Positions 38,196-48,102 of a DNA stretch of 64,000 nucleotides are shown here, one piece after another; the stretch's first letter is position 1; each line of letters opens with the position of its first letter. Under the pieces are notes generated by a model. That model was not told the DNA's origin and searched no databases. It saw only the letters and a program-made list of their open reading frames with translations. The position numbers and the translations under genes were made by a program. This DNA comes from an uncultured virus (IMG/VR IMGVR_UViG_3300010938_000034). Its lineage: Duplodnaviria > Heunggongvirae > Uroviricota > Caudoviricetes. Where the stretch lies: IMG/VR virus record IMGVR_UViG_3300010938_000034. One strand, written 5' to 3'.

Positions 38196-39674
38196 ATGGT
38201 AAAAAGAAGAGGCCTTGAGTCCATCGACTCTTTAATTGAAAAAAAGGTCAAAGATGTTGTTGAAGAAAAAATTGGAGATGAAGATACAGATTATTTAGAA
38301 CAATCCGATGACCCTGCACTTCAAAAAATCTTATCATCATTCCCCTCAACCGAAGGCTATTATGGTAAGCTTTACAAGATATTGCCTTCGGGTAAAGAAG
38401 AAATGAAACATACCTTTGAGGCTCTTGAAGAGATTTCAGACCCTGAAATTGAAGTTTCTCATCTTGCGAAAGAAAGAGGCTGGGGAAGTGGAGATTATAG
38501 ATTACGAGTATATAAACATGATAGCCCAGGTCTACAGAAAAGTTTAGCGATACGGATTGACGTGGGAGATACAAATAAGAACCAGCAGGGTTTAATACAA
38601 CCTCAAAATATTTCAGATACCATTAAACAGACCCTTGATGTTGCAACTGCATTAAAACAAATATCTCAACCTGATTTACCAATGCGTGAAATTAATGAGG
38701 CAATTTCAACTGCGTATAAAACAGGTATTCAAGTAACAAGAGAAGCCCTTCTTCCTCAAATACAAAATCAATCAGATTCAGCAATAAAAGTTGTTTCAAT
38801 GCTTAAAGAATTAGGTCTTTTAGAAAAGAAACCTCAAGTTTCAGAAATGGAAGTTACCGAAAGGGTAATTAAAAATTTAAAGGAGATGGGAATTATAGCT
38901 CAACCAAAAAATGAAGATGATATATTAAATAAACTCATAAAATTAAGAGAGGTTGGGTTAATAAAAATGGCAGGAGAAGATAAAGAAGATGTTTCAGCTC
39001 TTGCAGAAAAAATTAGACCAATTATAGATTTAGTTCAATCTTTAGGATTAGGTGGAGTTACACCTGAAAAACCAAATTTCTGGACTACATTAGCTCCTCA
39101 TATACCTTCGTTCATTGAAAAATTAGCATCACCACTAAGGGAATATTTAGAAATTAGAAAGATAGAATTGCAACAAAGAATTCAAAACTTATCTTCAGTT
39201 CCTAATCAAAATATTCAACAGATACCTCAATCAAATATACCAATACAAAATCCTAAAGAAGAAAGCAAAGAAAATTTATTAGCTCAAAATCCAATCATTA
39301 GTGAAATTGTAAATGCAGTTCAGGAAAGAAATCATAGTTTCTTTCCAAGATTAAAAGAATTGCTTACAATCTTTATTGGTGGCCATATATTTGATGCTAT
39401 AATATCTGGTCAAGTATCAAAAGATACAGTCTTTTCATTAATAACAAGCTCCCAGTATGGCAAATTCTTCAATAACGAACAATCAAAAATTTATTTTAAT
39501 GATTTTATAGAATGGATTAAAAAATCTGAAGTTGATATAAAAGGTAACGGTTCTTTTTATGCAAAATGTAATAAATGTAATATAGAATATGTTTTTACCG
39601 AAGAAGAATGGGCTAATGATAGTAAAATTTGCGATTGTGGTGGAACCTTAGAAAAAATTCAAGTGGCCATTTAA
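38196..39674 (+). CDS. Large helical protein with C-terminal Zn ribbon, first gene of module B
   Basis: 492 aa; repeated LKE(L/M/V)G(L/I) units; CNKC...CDCGG. Confidence 0.75.
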   Translation: MVKRRGLESIDSLIEKKVKDVVEEKIGDEDTDYLEQSDDPALQKILSSFPSTEGYYGKLYKILPSGKEEMKHTFEALEEISDPEIEVSHLAKERGWGSGDYRLRVYKHDSPGLQKSLAIRIDVGDTNKNQQGLIQPQNISDTIKQTLDVATALKQISQPDLPMREINEAISTAYKTGIQVTREALLPQIQNQSDSAIKVVSMLKELGLLEKKPQVSEMEVTERVIKNLKEMGIIAQPKNEDDILNKLIKLREVGLIKMAGEDKEDVSALAEKIRPIIDLVQSLGLGGVTPEKPNFWTTLAPHIPSFIEKLASPLREYLEIRKIELQQRIQNLSSVPNQNIQQIPQSNIPIQNPKEESKENLLAQNPIISEIVNAVQERNHSFFPRLKELLTIFIGGHIFDAIISGQVSKDTVFSLITSSQYGKFFNNEQSKIYFNDFIEWIKKSEVDIKGNGSFYAKCNKCNIEYVFTEEEWANDSKICDCGGTLEKIQVAI

Positions 39675-39686
39675 TGGAGGTTTGAG

Positions 39687-39917
39687 ATGACTAATTATTT
39701 TAGAACTCCACAAATGCAGTCAGGTAAAGGTTTTCGTTGTTTTAATTGTGGTAAGCTCTTAGCTGTAAAGTTAAGGGGAGAATACGAGGTTTCTTTTAGA
39801 TGTCCAAGATGTAAGGCATATTTATTTGTAAAGATGGGAGAAAAAATACCTTGGGCTGAAACAAAGCAAGAAGTAAAAAATGAACCTGAAGTTTCCAAAG
39901 TGGATTCTAATAGCTAA
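39687..39917 (+). CDS. Com-like zinc finger protein
   Basis: FRCFNCGKLLA...RCPRCK. Confidence 0.75.
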   Translation: MTNYFRTPQMQSGKGFRCFNCGKLLAVKLRGEYEVSFRCPRCKAYLFVKMGEKIPWAETKQEVKNEPEVSKVDSNS

Positions 39918-39920
39918 CTT

Positions 39921-40457
39921 ATGAAGATTTTCGGGCAAGCAATATCTCAACCTGTCAGGTTTCAAAGCTTAGGAAGTGGAAGTGAAGTAACTCCAAGAAC
40001 AATGGAGTTAATGAGAAAAATTATAAATGATTCTATTAGAAACTATTATGTTAGAAGATGGGCAGAAAAAATAATTGAAAGAGCTGGTGAAGATGATTTA
40101 TCTAAAGTCCAAGCTGTTTATGATTTCTTAGATTCTCATACAAGATATGTTAAAGACCCTGAAGGTTTTGAACTTTTAAAATCTCCAGTTGTTAGTTTAC
40201 AACTACTTGATGCAGGTGATATACCAGCTCTTGATTGTGATGATCTTGTTATTTTGTCTATGTCTTTATTAAAATCAATAGGATTCAGAGTTGGTATGAG
40301 AGCTGTATCATATACTCCAGAGAAAATTTATACACATGTTTACGGTCTTGTTTATGTTAAGCCATATGGCTGGATTCCTTTTGACCTTGTAAAGCATTTA
40401 GGATTAGGAAATGAAGCTCCATTAGTAAAATATCATTATATTGATTTGGAGATCTAA
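39921..40457 (+). CDS. Transglutaminase-like (papain fold) enzyme
   Basis: Y.KDP.G.E....P, DCDD (Cys), THVY (His), WIPFD (Asp) triad. Confidence 0.85.
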   Translation: MKIFGQAISQPVRFQSLGSGSEVTPRTMELMRKIINDSIRNYYVRRWAEKIIERAGEDDLSKVQAVYDFLDSHTRYVKDPEGFELLKSPVVSLQLLDAGDIPALDCDDLVILSMSLLKSIGFRVGMRAVSYTPEKIYTHVYGLVYVKPYGWIPFDLVKHLGLGNEAPLVKYHYIDLEI

Positions 40458-40960
40458 TGCTTTTAAATTTTGGTCAAATATTAAATTTATATCAAGAATT
40501 AAAACCAGGCAATTCTTATATTTTTACTTTTTCACATGGAAGAATTTTTGAATACCGTAGTGATGATTGGGTTTTAACTAATTTAAGAGAGAGATTGCTT
40601 AATTATGGGAATGTTGTTTCAGTAAGGAGACCTTTATTTTCAGATAGATATACTGTAGTAGTAATTCCAACAGTAACAGCAACATTACAAGATTGGTTAG
40701 AAGCTTTTGATGTTTCTTGGAGAGATATGGGATATAACAATTATTCTTTTATTCAAGCAGAAATTGGAACTATATCTACTCAACCTGGAGGTTTAGAACA
40801 GGTTGTTCCAAAAACAGCGGAAGTAGTAAGTAAAACGGTTAAGGAAGCTATTTCTCCTTTTGCTCCTTATATTATAATTTTGGGAGGAATTTATTTACTA
40901 TTTAAAGTTGGAATTCCAGAATATGCAAAAGCTAAAACAAAAAAATACAAAAAATTATAA
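40457..40960 (+). CDS. Membrane-anchored virion protein
   Basis: MLLNFGQ start, C-terminal TM plus basic tail. Confidence 0.7.
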   Translation: MLLNFGQILNLYQELKPGNSYIFTFSHGRIFEYRSDDWVLTNLRERLLNYGNVVSVRRPLFSDRYTVVVIPTVTATLQDWLEAFDVSWRDMGYNNYSFIQAEIGTISTQPGGLEQVVPKTAEVVSKTVKEAISPFAPYIIILGGIYLLFKVGIPEYAKAKTKKYKKL

Positions 40961-40981
40961 AATTAGTTGAGGAGTTAATTT

Positions 40982-41395
40982 ATGCTTTCTCAAGAATTAA
41001 CCGAGTTAGACTGGATTAAATCAAAGATACAATCAAGAATAGGAGAATTTTTACTTCTTAAAGAAAAACTATTAAAAATTAAATCTACTTCACTTGATTT
41101 AAATATTCAAGCAGAAGCTGAATCACTTCTATCAAAACAAAAATCTTTAGAGGATGATTTAACAAAAGCACAAAAAATAATTGAAAAAATAGAACTCGGA
41201 TTATATTCTTTATCGGATATAGCATTTTTAGGAACTACATATTATCAGATGGAAAAACATATATCGGATGTGAAGGATTTAGAAGAAAAATTTATAGCAG
41301 GCCCCAAACAGGAAGCTAAAATGTCAGGATTTGAATTTCTTATACTTTCTCTTATAGGTGGAGCTATTTTATATGGACTTATGCAGAAAAGATAA
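40982..41395 (+). CDS. Coiled-coil protein with C-terminal TM
   Basis: KMSGFEFLILSLIGGAILYGLMQKR. Confidence 0.7.
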   Translation: MLSQELTELDWIKSKIQSRIGEFLLLKEKLLKIKSTSLDLNIQAEAESLLSKQKSLEDDLTKAQKIIEKIELGLYSLSDIAFLGTTYYQMEKHISDVKDLEEKFIAGPKQEAKMSGFEFLILSLIGGAILYGLMQKR

Positions 41396-41566
41396 TGGTT
41401 ATATAAAAATTTCGGGTTTTAAAGGATTATGGACTTTAGATGAAGTAATTAATTTGCTTCAATTCTGTGGTTTAAAAGTTAAAATTTCAATGTCTACAAA
41501 GGGAGATGACCCTTTAGTCTCAGGGAAAGATTCTCCCAATTTGGTAGAAGATAGGAGGTGATATAA

Positions 41567-41803
41567 ATGGGAACTTATTTATACAGAACAGAAAATATTA
41601 CAGTTGGAACTGATCCTGTAACATTAACACATGGATTAGGAGTTGCACCTGCTGGTGAGGATGGAGCAGTCCTCATTACAAGAAGAGCTGGAACAGCAAC
41701 ATTAACAATTTCTTCAACTTCTCAAATTGTTATATTGACTGCTGGTGCAGCTGGTCAGACAATGGATGTTCTTGTAATGGCTTTCCATTCAATTATTAAG
41801 TAA
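41567..41803 (+). CDS. Small beta-rich structural protein
   Basis: LTHGLG..P motif, GGAGGTG RBS. Confidence 0.7.
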   Translation: MGTYLYRTENITVGTDPVTLTHGLGVAPAGEDGAVLITRRAGTATLTISSTSQIVILTAGAAGQTMDVLVMAFHSIIK

Positions 41804-41824
41804 CCTTTGTGTTAGGAGGAGAAT

Positions 41825-43687
41825 ATGGGATTAAAAATTGATTTAGGATGTGGTCGTAATCAAAGACCCAGCTACATAGGAATTGATATAGAGCCTTTAG
41901 GCCAGAAAATTGTTAGAGATATAAGAAGGGGTCTTCCATTTGGAGATGATGTTGTTTCTGAAGTAAATATGAGTCATTTTCTTGAGCATATCCCTCCTGG
42001 GGAAGACCTCTTCTTTGTTATCAGTGAAATTTATAGAGTATGCCATCATGGAGCTTTAGTTCATATTAGAGTTCCAAAAATTGGTTTTCCGCTTGCCTTT
42101 ATGGGAACGCATAAAAGTTTTTGGAATAAAGATTGTTTTATTATTTTTCAGAAGAATAATTTTCCTGGTAAATGCGAAATTCCTGAAAATTATGATTGGA
42201 ATTTCAAAATCCATAGCCTTGAAGAAACAGATTCCGAAATAATTGCAGAACTAACAGTTTTTAAACCTTATATTTCAGTCCATAGCAGAAAAACAAGTAT
42301 TATCGTTGTTTCATATAAAAATTTGAATGATACAAAGAGATGTATTGAATCGATACTACGCTGGACACGTGATGTTCCATACGAGATTATTGTTGTAAAT
42401 AATGACCAGAGTGAAGAATCGGTTAAATATTTTGAAAAACTTGGAAGTGATTTTAACCACATAAAATATTTAAATTCTCCGCAGAATTTAGGATGGGTTA
42501 AAGGAATCAATAAAGGTTACGAACTTGTCAATCCAGATTCAGAATTCGTTATTTTTGCCAATAATGATGTTATTGTTACAGAAAATGGGTGGCTATCAAG
42601 ATTATTAAACCATTTTACAGAAGATACTGGAGCAGTTGGACCTATTTCAAATTACATTATAGGGAGACAGTCTATTGCTTTTAATCATACGGGAATCTGG
42701 GAAGAATATACTAATACATTGATTGGCTTCTTTATGTGCATAAGAAAAGAAATAATTGATAAAATTGGTCTTCTTGATGAACGATTTGGTGAAGGTGGAG
42801 CCGAAGATCATGACTATTCAATTCGTATCAGAAAAGAAGGTTATCAATTAAAAATTGCAAGAGATGTATATGTCCATCATTCTGGCTCAAAATCATTTAT
42901 GCCTATTTTAGGTCCAGAAGGGTATAATAAATTCTGGAAAGAAAAAGATAATATATTAATACAAAAATGGGGAGAAGATGAAGTTAAAAAGCTATTTTTG
43001 CCTCCTTTAAAAGTTGTTATAGCTATTCCTGAAAAGACAGATTATGTTCATAGACTTTTTACATATAGATTATGTCAGATGATTAAACCTTGGAATTTTA
43101 CAATTGTAGATTGTCCAAGGGTTTTAATCCATGATGCTCGTAATTTATTAGTTAGAGAGGCTAAAAGAATAAATGCTCATTATATTTTATTTTTAGATGA
43201 TGATATGATACTTCCAACTGATTTATTTATCAGATTATTTGATCATCAAGCTCCAGTAGTTTCGGCTTTAGCATTTAAAAGAAGACCTCCTTATGAACCC
43301 TGTATTTATCACTGGGAATTCAATAAAAATAATGGTATTTTGGGGGTAAGACCTGCTTATGAACTTGTAAAAAAGGGATTGAAGAAGGTTGATGCTACTG
43401 GTTTTGGAGCAATATTAATTGATATGGAAGTTTTTGATAAAATTAAAGAGCCTTGGTTTGAGCTAAGAGATTATGGGGAAGATATTGATTTCTGTTTAAA
43501 ATGCTATGATGCTGGAATTCCAATTTATTGTGATACTGATTTAATTGTTCAGCATATTGGAGATAATGAGTTGGTAGATGAGTCCAGTTTTGAAAAGGCC
43601 ACTTTGGATGGAAAAATCCCACAAGGAATCACTGTTGAGATCCATGAAAAGGATAAAGTTAGAAGGCAACTGGTTTCATCTTTGTAG
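41825..43687 (+). CDS. Methyltransferase-like + two GT2 glycosyltransferase domain fusion
   Basis: IDLGCG, HFLEH; SIIVV.Y, NNDV, GAEDHDY; FLDDDM, ATGFG, GEDIDFC. Confidence 0.85.
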   Translation: MGLKIDLGCGRNQRPSYIGIDIEPLGQKIVRDIRRGLPFGDDVVSEVNMSHFLEHIPPGEDLFFVISEIYRVCHHGALVHIRVPKIGFPLAFMGTHKSFWNKDCFIIFQKNNFPGKCEIPENYDWNFKIHSLEETDSEIIAELTVFKPYISVHSRKTSIIVVSYKNLNDTKRCIESILRWTRDVPYEIIVVNNDQSEESVKYFEKLGSDFNHIKYLNSPQNLGWVKGINKGYELVNPDSEFVIFANNDVIVTENGWLSRLLNHFTEDTGAVGPISNYIIGRQSIAFNHTGIWEEYTNTLIGFFMCIRKEIIDKIGLLDERFGEGGAEDHDYSIRIRKEGYQLKIARDVYVHHSGSKSFMPILGPEGYNKFWKEKDNILIQKWGEDEVKKLFLPPLKVVIAIPEKTDYVHRLFTYRLCQMIKPWNFTIVDCPRVLIHDARNLLVREAKRINAHYILFLDDDMILPTDLFIRLFDHQAPVVSALAFKRRPPYEPCIYHWEFNKNNGILGVRPAYELVKKGLKKVDATGFGAILIDMEVFDKIKEPWFELRDYGEDIDFCLKCYDAGIPIYCDTDLIVQHIGDNELVDESSFEKATLDGKIPQGITVEIHEKDKVRRQLVSSL

Positions 43688-43699
43688 GAGGAGATAAAA

Positions 43700-44119
43700 A
43701 TGTTTAAAATTAAAGATATTAAAGAAATTTTAAATGATATGAGAATTTATTATTCTGATGGTGAATTATCGAAGGGTAAATTTACTTTGGTATTAGGAAT
43801 AACTGAAGATAAATCTGGCTTAGAAGGTTTTGTTTATACTTGGGATTTATTTGAAGAAGATGAAAATATAGATGGTGATGGATATTTTTATAGCGAAAAA
43901 GAATTGATCGATAGTTTATATAATAAAGGATTAATAAATAAAAAAACAGATAAAAAAGTAAAGACTTTGAAAAGAAATAAGGTAAAAACAAAAATGAAAA
44001 AAATTAAAAAATGTCCTATTTGTGGAAAAGATGATTTTGGAGAAGAATATATTTATGATGGGGTCAAAATGTGTCGTTCTTGTTATTGGTTGCTTAAATA
44101 TGGTGTTTGGCCTGGCTGA
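43700..44119 (+). CDS. Hypothetical protein with C-terminal Zn finger
   Basis: CPICG...CRSC. Confidence 0.6.
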   Translation: MFKIKDIKEILNDMRIYYSDGELSKGKFTLVLGITEDKSGLEGFVYTWDLFEEDENIDGDGYFYSEKELIDSLYNKGLINKKTDKKVKTLKRNKVKTKMKKIKKCPICGKDDFGEEYIYDGVKMCRSCYWLLKYGVWPG

Positions 44120-44189
44120 CATAATGTGGTCGAAAAGGGTTATTTCATTTCGGCTAAATGTGGTATGCAGCGGAGGATTAATTTTTAAA

Positions 44190-44441
44190 ATGGCTCAATA
44201 TTTTATTGGAATTACAGATGAAAAAGGAACGGTTTTATGGAGAACTCGTGCTTGGAGCAAAAAAGAAAAGGATTCAAAAGTTAAAAAAATACTTGACAGT
44301 ATTTACTATGAGAAAAATTTAACTGGTTTTGGAAAAAGTTTAGTTGAATCAATTCGTAGAGGTTATCCAAAATTTGTTACTGTAATTTGGGGCTATGGAA
44401 GAATAGAGAAAAAGGAGAAATATCCGATTTTAGTTAGATAG
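44190..44441 (+). CDS. Hypothetical protein
   Basis: GGAGG RBS before MAQYF. Confidence 0.6.
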   Translation: MAQYFIGITDEKGTVLWRTRAWSKKEKDSKVKKILDSIYYEKNLTGFGKSLVESIRRGYPKFVTVIWGYGRIEKKEKYPILVR

Positions 44442-44490
44442 CAAGGAGATAGAAAATGAGTGTTCAATTGAGTAAAGGAGGAGTAATAAA

Positions 44491-44694
44491 ATGGCACATT
44501 ATGGAATTGGTGTTTCTGGCTTATTCAGAGATTTTATTAATTATTATTTAAAAGTTCCTTATCATGAAGCAGTAAGGCTTAGTATAAAATTTGATGAAGA
44601 ATTGCAAGGTGCTGAATGGCTTGAACTTTATGATGGAACTACTTTTGAATTAACTTTTAAACCAAGAAAGGGAGAAAAAAGAATAGTTTTTTAA
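44491..44694 (+). CDS. Hypothetical protein
   Basis: AGGAGG RBS. Confidence 0.65.
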   Translation: MAHYGIGVSGLFRDFINYYLKVPYHEAVRLSIKFDEELQGAEWLELYDGTTFELTFKPRKGEKRIVF

Positions 44695-44707
44695 AAAGGA
44701 GGACTCT

Positions 44708-45049
44708 ATGACAAGAGAAGAAATTTTAAAAAAATTTGAAATTGATAAATATGGAATTATTCAAAGTCCAGGAAAATTTGAGAGTCATATGCTTTATGTT
44801 CCCTATTTTTGGGATATGGTTTTAGAAGGTTTTTATGATGAAGAATTATTTGATGAATATGATAGACCAGTTTCTTTTATTAAAATTAGAGAAGAAGATT
44901 TAGAGGAATTCCCAGAATTAGAAAGTATTTATGGTATTGCTCTTTGGGAAGATGATTATGGATTTGTAAATTCTATAGAGTTTAAAACAGAAAAAGAATA
45001 TCGAGAAGCAATAAAAGAACTTGAATCAATTGAACCAGAAGAATACTAA
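44708..45049 (+). CDS. Acidic hypothetical protein (PGKFE motif)
   Basis: AGGAGG RBS. Confidence 0.7.
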   Translation: MTREEILKKFEIDKYGIIQSPGKFESHMLYVPYFWDMVLEGFYDEELFDEYDRPVSFIKIREEDLEEFPELESIYGIALWEDDYGFVNSIEFKTEKEYREAIKELESIEPEEY

Positions 45050-45062
45050 GGGAGGTGATAAA

Positions 45063-45326
45063 ATGAGTTTATTAAAAATTTTGCATTCTATACCTATGAT
45101 GCCTATGGATTCATGGAATGATATAGTAAAAAATTTAGATGCGGTTGAACTACAATCTCTTGATAGAGATGCTTCAAGTTGGGCAATTATTTATGCTATG
45201 TTTTCTGAATACCTTGCTTATAGAGGTTCTGCTGGATTTGGAGACCATGGACATTATGACGCTTTAAAGCAAGCAAAAAAAATGGAAAAGAAAATTAGAA
45301 AAGCATTGGGTTATACTTATTCTTAG
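45063..45326 (+). CDS. Hypothetical protein
   Basis: GGAGGTG RBS. Confidence 0.65.
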   Translation: MSLLKILHSIPMMPMDSWNDIVKNLDAVELQSLDRDASSWAIIYAMFSEYLAYRGSAGFGDHGHYDALKQAKKMEKKIRKALGYTYS

Positions 45327-45336
45327 GAGAGCAAAA

Positions 45337-45567
45337 ATGAAAAAAGAAAAATATCCAGCAGTTATTGTATATGAGCCTGTTTTTAATTATTTGATAGGTG
45401 CAATCCAATTAATTCACTTATCAACAAAAGTTTATAAGAGAGAATGGGGGGAAACAGACAAATTTGTTATTAATAGGGTAAGAGAAATTGCCGAAGACGC
45501 ACTCAAAGAATTTGAATATAGATTAAAAAAGGGACATATAGTAGAAGGAGAATATTATAGATTTTAA
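45337..45567 (+). CDS. Hypothetical protein
   Basis: AGGAG RBS. Confidence 0.6.
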   Translation: MKKEKYPAVIVYEPVFNYLIGAIQLIHLSTKVYKREWGETDKFVINRVREIAEDALKEFEYRLKKGHIVEGEYYRF

Positions 45568-45589
45568 ATAATAATGAAAGGATAAAATT

Positions 45590-45868
45590 ATGAAGAAGAC
45601 ACTTAAACCTATAATAACTATGAAAGCTAAAAAAGAAAATAGTAATATTTATCACATAATAGATAACAAGAAGTGTGGTCAGGTAGTTGTCGAAGCTTAT
45701 GGATACCAGCAAATACCAACTGGAATGGGATTTAGAGGAAAAGATTTTGTTATAGATATTTTGAAATATCCTATTTATAAAGGATACTGTTTGGGTTGTT
45801 CTAAAAAAGGATATTTTAGAACTGGTCCTTATGAAATAAAAACTAAAAAAGTTAAACTTGGTAAATAA
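45590..45868 (+). CDS. Hypothetical protein
   Basis: Co-oriented ORF. Confidence 0.55.
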   Translation: MKKTLKPIITMKAKKENSNIYHIIDNKKCGQVVVEAYGYQQIPTGMGFRGKDFVIDILKYPIYKGYCLGCSKKGYFRTGPYEIKTKKVKLGK

Positions 45869-45882
45869 TAGGAGGTATAAAA

Positions 45883-46434
45883 ATGGCAAAGATAAGAAAA
45901 CCTAAAAAAATAGTCGCAAAGAAATATGGAAAGTTTATTCATGAAATAATTACTCCAAGGGAAGAAATTCCTGAAAAAGCAAAATTCAGAACTATTAAAA
46001 TGGATGCCCATAGAGTTTCAATCGCATATTGGGGAAAACCAGTAGCAGGGAAACATCCATTTTATGTGCTACATAAAATTCTCCACCCTAAGAAAAAAGG
46101 AGAACCTTGTAAATTAAAAGATAGATTGAAATTAATGGGAATTAAAGAGCTTGTTTTAGGAAGAGAATATGAAGTTGTAAGCAAATTACCAAAATTAACT
46201 GGCAAAAGAAGAGCAGGGAAATTGATTACCGAAAATCCTAAACCAGTTAAAATTTATGATAAAATTTTAGCAATTGAGGCACAAAAAGGAGATAGCTCTT
46301 TATTTCCTAAACAATATTTCAGGCATGATTTTAAAAAAGATAAAACACATGCTGAAATTTGGGGATTACCAGATGGGTCACTATTAATTAAATCGAAAAA
46401 AAGGAAAAAATTGTGGAAAAACTTTAATTATTAA
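45883..46434 (+). CDS. Basic protein, possible nucleoprotein
   Basis: K/R-rich; ENP and YFRHDF motifs. Confidence 0.7.
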   Translation: MAKIRKPKKIVAKKYGKFIHEIITPREEIPEKAKFRTIKMDAHRVSIAYWGKPVAGKHPFYVLHKILHPKKKGEPCKLKDRLKLMGIKELVLGREYEVVSKLPKLTGKRRAGKLITENPKPVKIYDKILAIEAQKGDSSLFPKQYFRHDFKKDKTHAEIWGLPDGSLLIKSKKRKKLWKNFNY

Positions 46435-46447
46435 TAGGAGGCAAAAA

Positions 46448-46693
46448 ATGAAAATACCAAAAGATTTAGTTTTATTACCAGACATTGATTATTTAACTGA
46501 TGAAGAAATAGAACTGGTGGATAGAGCAAATTGGTTCGAAATTGATGGATGGTTATTTGCTTCTGCAAAAGAAATAAATTATCTTAGCGAAGTTCCTCCT
46601 GAAGAACTTGGAATAAATATTCGAAGAGCCAAAATACAATATATACCTCATATTTTACATAGATGGGATGAAGAAGGTTTTTATCATGCCTGA
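46448..46693 (+). CDS. Hypothetical protein
   Basis: AGGAGG RBS. Confidence 0.6.
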   Translation: MKIPKDLVLLPDIDYLTDEEIELVDRANWFEIDGWLFASAKEINYLSEVPPEELGINIRRAKIQYIPHILHRWDEEGFYHA

Positions 46694-46718
46694 AGATTAA
46701 ATTTAAAGGAGGGTAAAG

Positions 46719-47015
46719 ATGGAAAATATTTCTAAAAAAACAAAGGAAATTATCAATCTGGCAAAAAAAATAAATTATGAAGCCTTGAATTATTATTATC
46801 CACATTCTCCTTCAACATTATTTCTTTGGATACTATCTGCTTTTGTCGGAGTTGATGATGAAATTGATGCTTTTAATACAATAAAATTTAAAGAGCCATT
46901 TCTTTCGTGGAGAGAAATGGAACTCCTAATAGATTGGTTGAATAGAATGTGGGAAATTTGTAAATATGATGAAGATATGCAATTATTATATAAAGCAATA
47001 ATTAAAGGGAAATGA
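46719..47015 (+). CDS. Hypothetical protein
   Basis: AGGAGG RBS. Confidence 0.6.
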   Translation: MENISKKTKEIINLAKKINYEALNYYYPHSPSTLFLWILSAFVGVDDEIDAFNTIKFKEPFLSWREMELLIDWLNRMWEICKYDEDMQLLYKAIIKGK

Positions 47016-47086
47016 AGTTGATGAAAGGAGAAATGAAAATAAAAAGAAAAATTATTAATATAAAAATAGAAGGGAGGTGAAATGAT

Positions 47087-48001
47087 ATGGCAACTGAGGC
47101 TTTTTTAATTAATCCATATAAAATAAGAAGGCGAAGGCGGAGAATTGTTTTAGATAACCCTAAAGGTCTTCCTCCAGCTTTACTCTCAAGAATGATGAAA
47201 ACTTATGGTAGAAGTCGTGGAATGAGAGAAGCTTGGAGACTTTACAGAATGGGAATTACAAAGAATGAACCAGAATTAAATCCTTGGGAGACTTTAACTA
47301 TTCCAGAAAGGTCTTTCAGGATTTGGAGAGATTCAAGAACTGGTAGATTTGCAATTCCCCCAAGAAGAAAAAATTTAGGAGAGGAGGTGATGTTAATGAA
47401 TCCAAGAAGAAGACGAAGACGCAGAGCCAGATATATTCTTGATAATGCATGGTTTGGAGACCCTGCTGGGCATAGAGCCGCAGCATTAAAAGGTTGGAGA
47501 ACAAGGAGAATGAAACGTAATCCTTTTGGAGAAGAAGTGATGATTGTTGGGAATCCAAGAAGAAGAAGGAGAAGAATTAGAAGAAGGTTATTCAGAGATA
47601 ATCCAAGAAGAGCAAAAGCAACAGCTTTACCTGCAATTTCTGTATCTAAACCAGCTTCTCTTTTAATGCCAGCTTTAGTTGGAACTGCTGCTTACATTGC
47701 AACAGAAAAAGTTCCATCAATGGTAAATGTTACTTCTAATCTTCCAAGATTAGGAGTCAAAGCAGCAGTTGGCTTTGCTGGTAGTATTCTTTTATCAAGA
47801 GTTGCTAGTGGAAGAACTGCTGCTGTTTGGGCTATAGGCTCTTCAATTAATCTGGTATCAGATATTTTGAGAACCTATATTTTTAAAGGAACTGCATTAG
47901 CTGGTTTAGGTGCTTTTCCTCGTAGAGGGGTAACATACCATGCTGGTTCTCCTTTAGGAGCTTATCCTTCTGAATACCAGTTTTCAAATTATCCAATGTG
48001 A
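47087..48001 (+). CDS. Arg-rich NP-repeat protein with C-terminal membrane domain (putative core/membrane protein)
   Basis: NP followed by poly-Arg three times; hydrophobic helices; LAGLGA near the end; directly upstream of the capsid gene. Confidence 0.75.
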   Translation: MATEAFLINPYKIRRRRRRIVLDNPKGLPPALLSRMMKTYGRSRGMREAWRLYRMGITKNEPELNPWETLTIPERSFRIWRDSRTGRFAIPPRRKNLGEEVMLMNPRRRRRRRARYILDNAWFGDPAGHRAAALKGWRTRRMKRNPFGEEVMIVGNPRRRRRRIRRRLFRDNPRRAKATALPAISVSKPASLLMPALVGTAAYIATEKVPSMVNVTSNLPRLGVKAAVGFAGSILLSRVASGRTAAVWAIGSSINLVSDILRTYIFKGTALAGLGAFPRRGVTYHAGSPLGAYPSEYQFSNYPM

Positions 48002-48102
48002 TAATCCTACCTTAAGCTCTTTGTAGCATTTTTTTTCGTAGCCTTTGTGCTTACAAAATAGTGTTTCCATAGTGAGCAAAGATTGAAAGGAGGTGAAATG
48101 TT

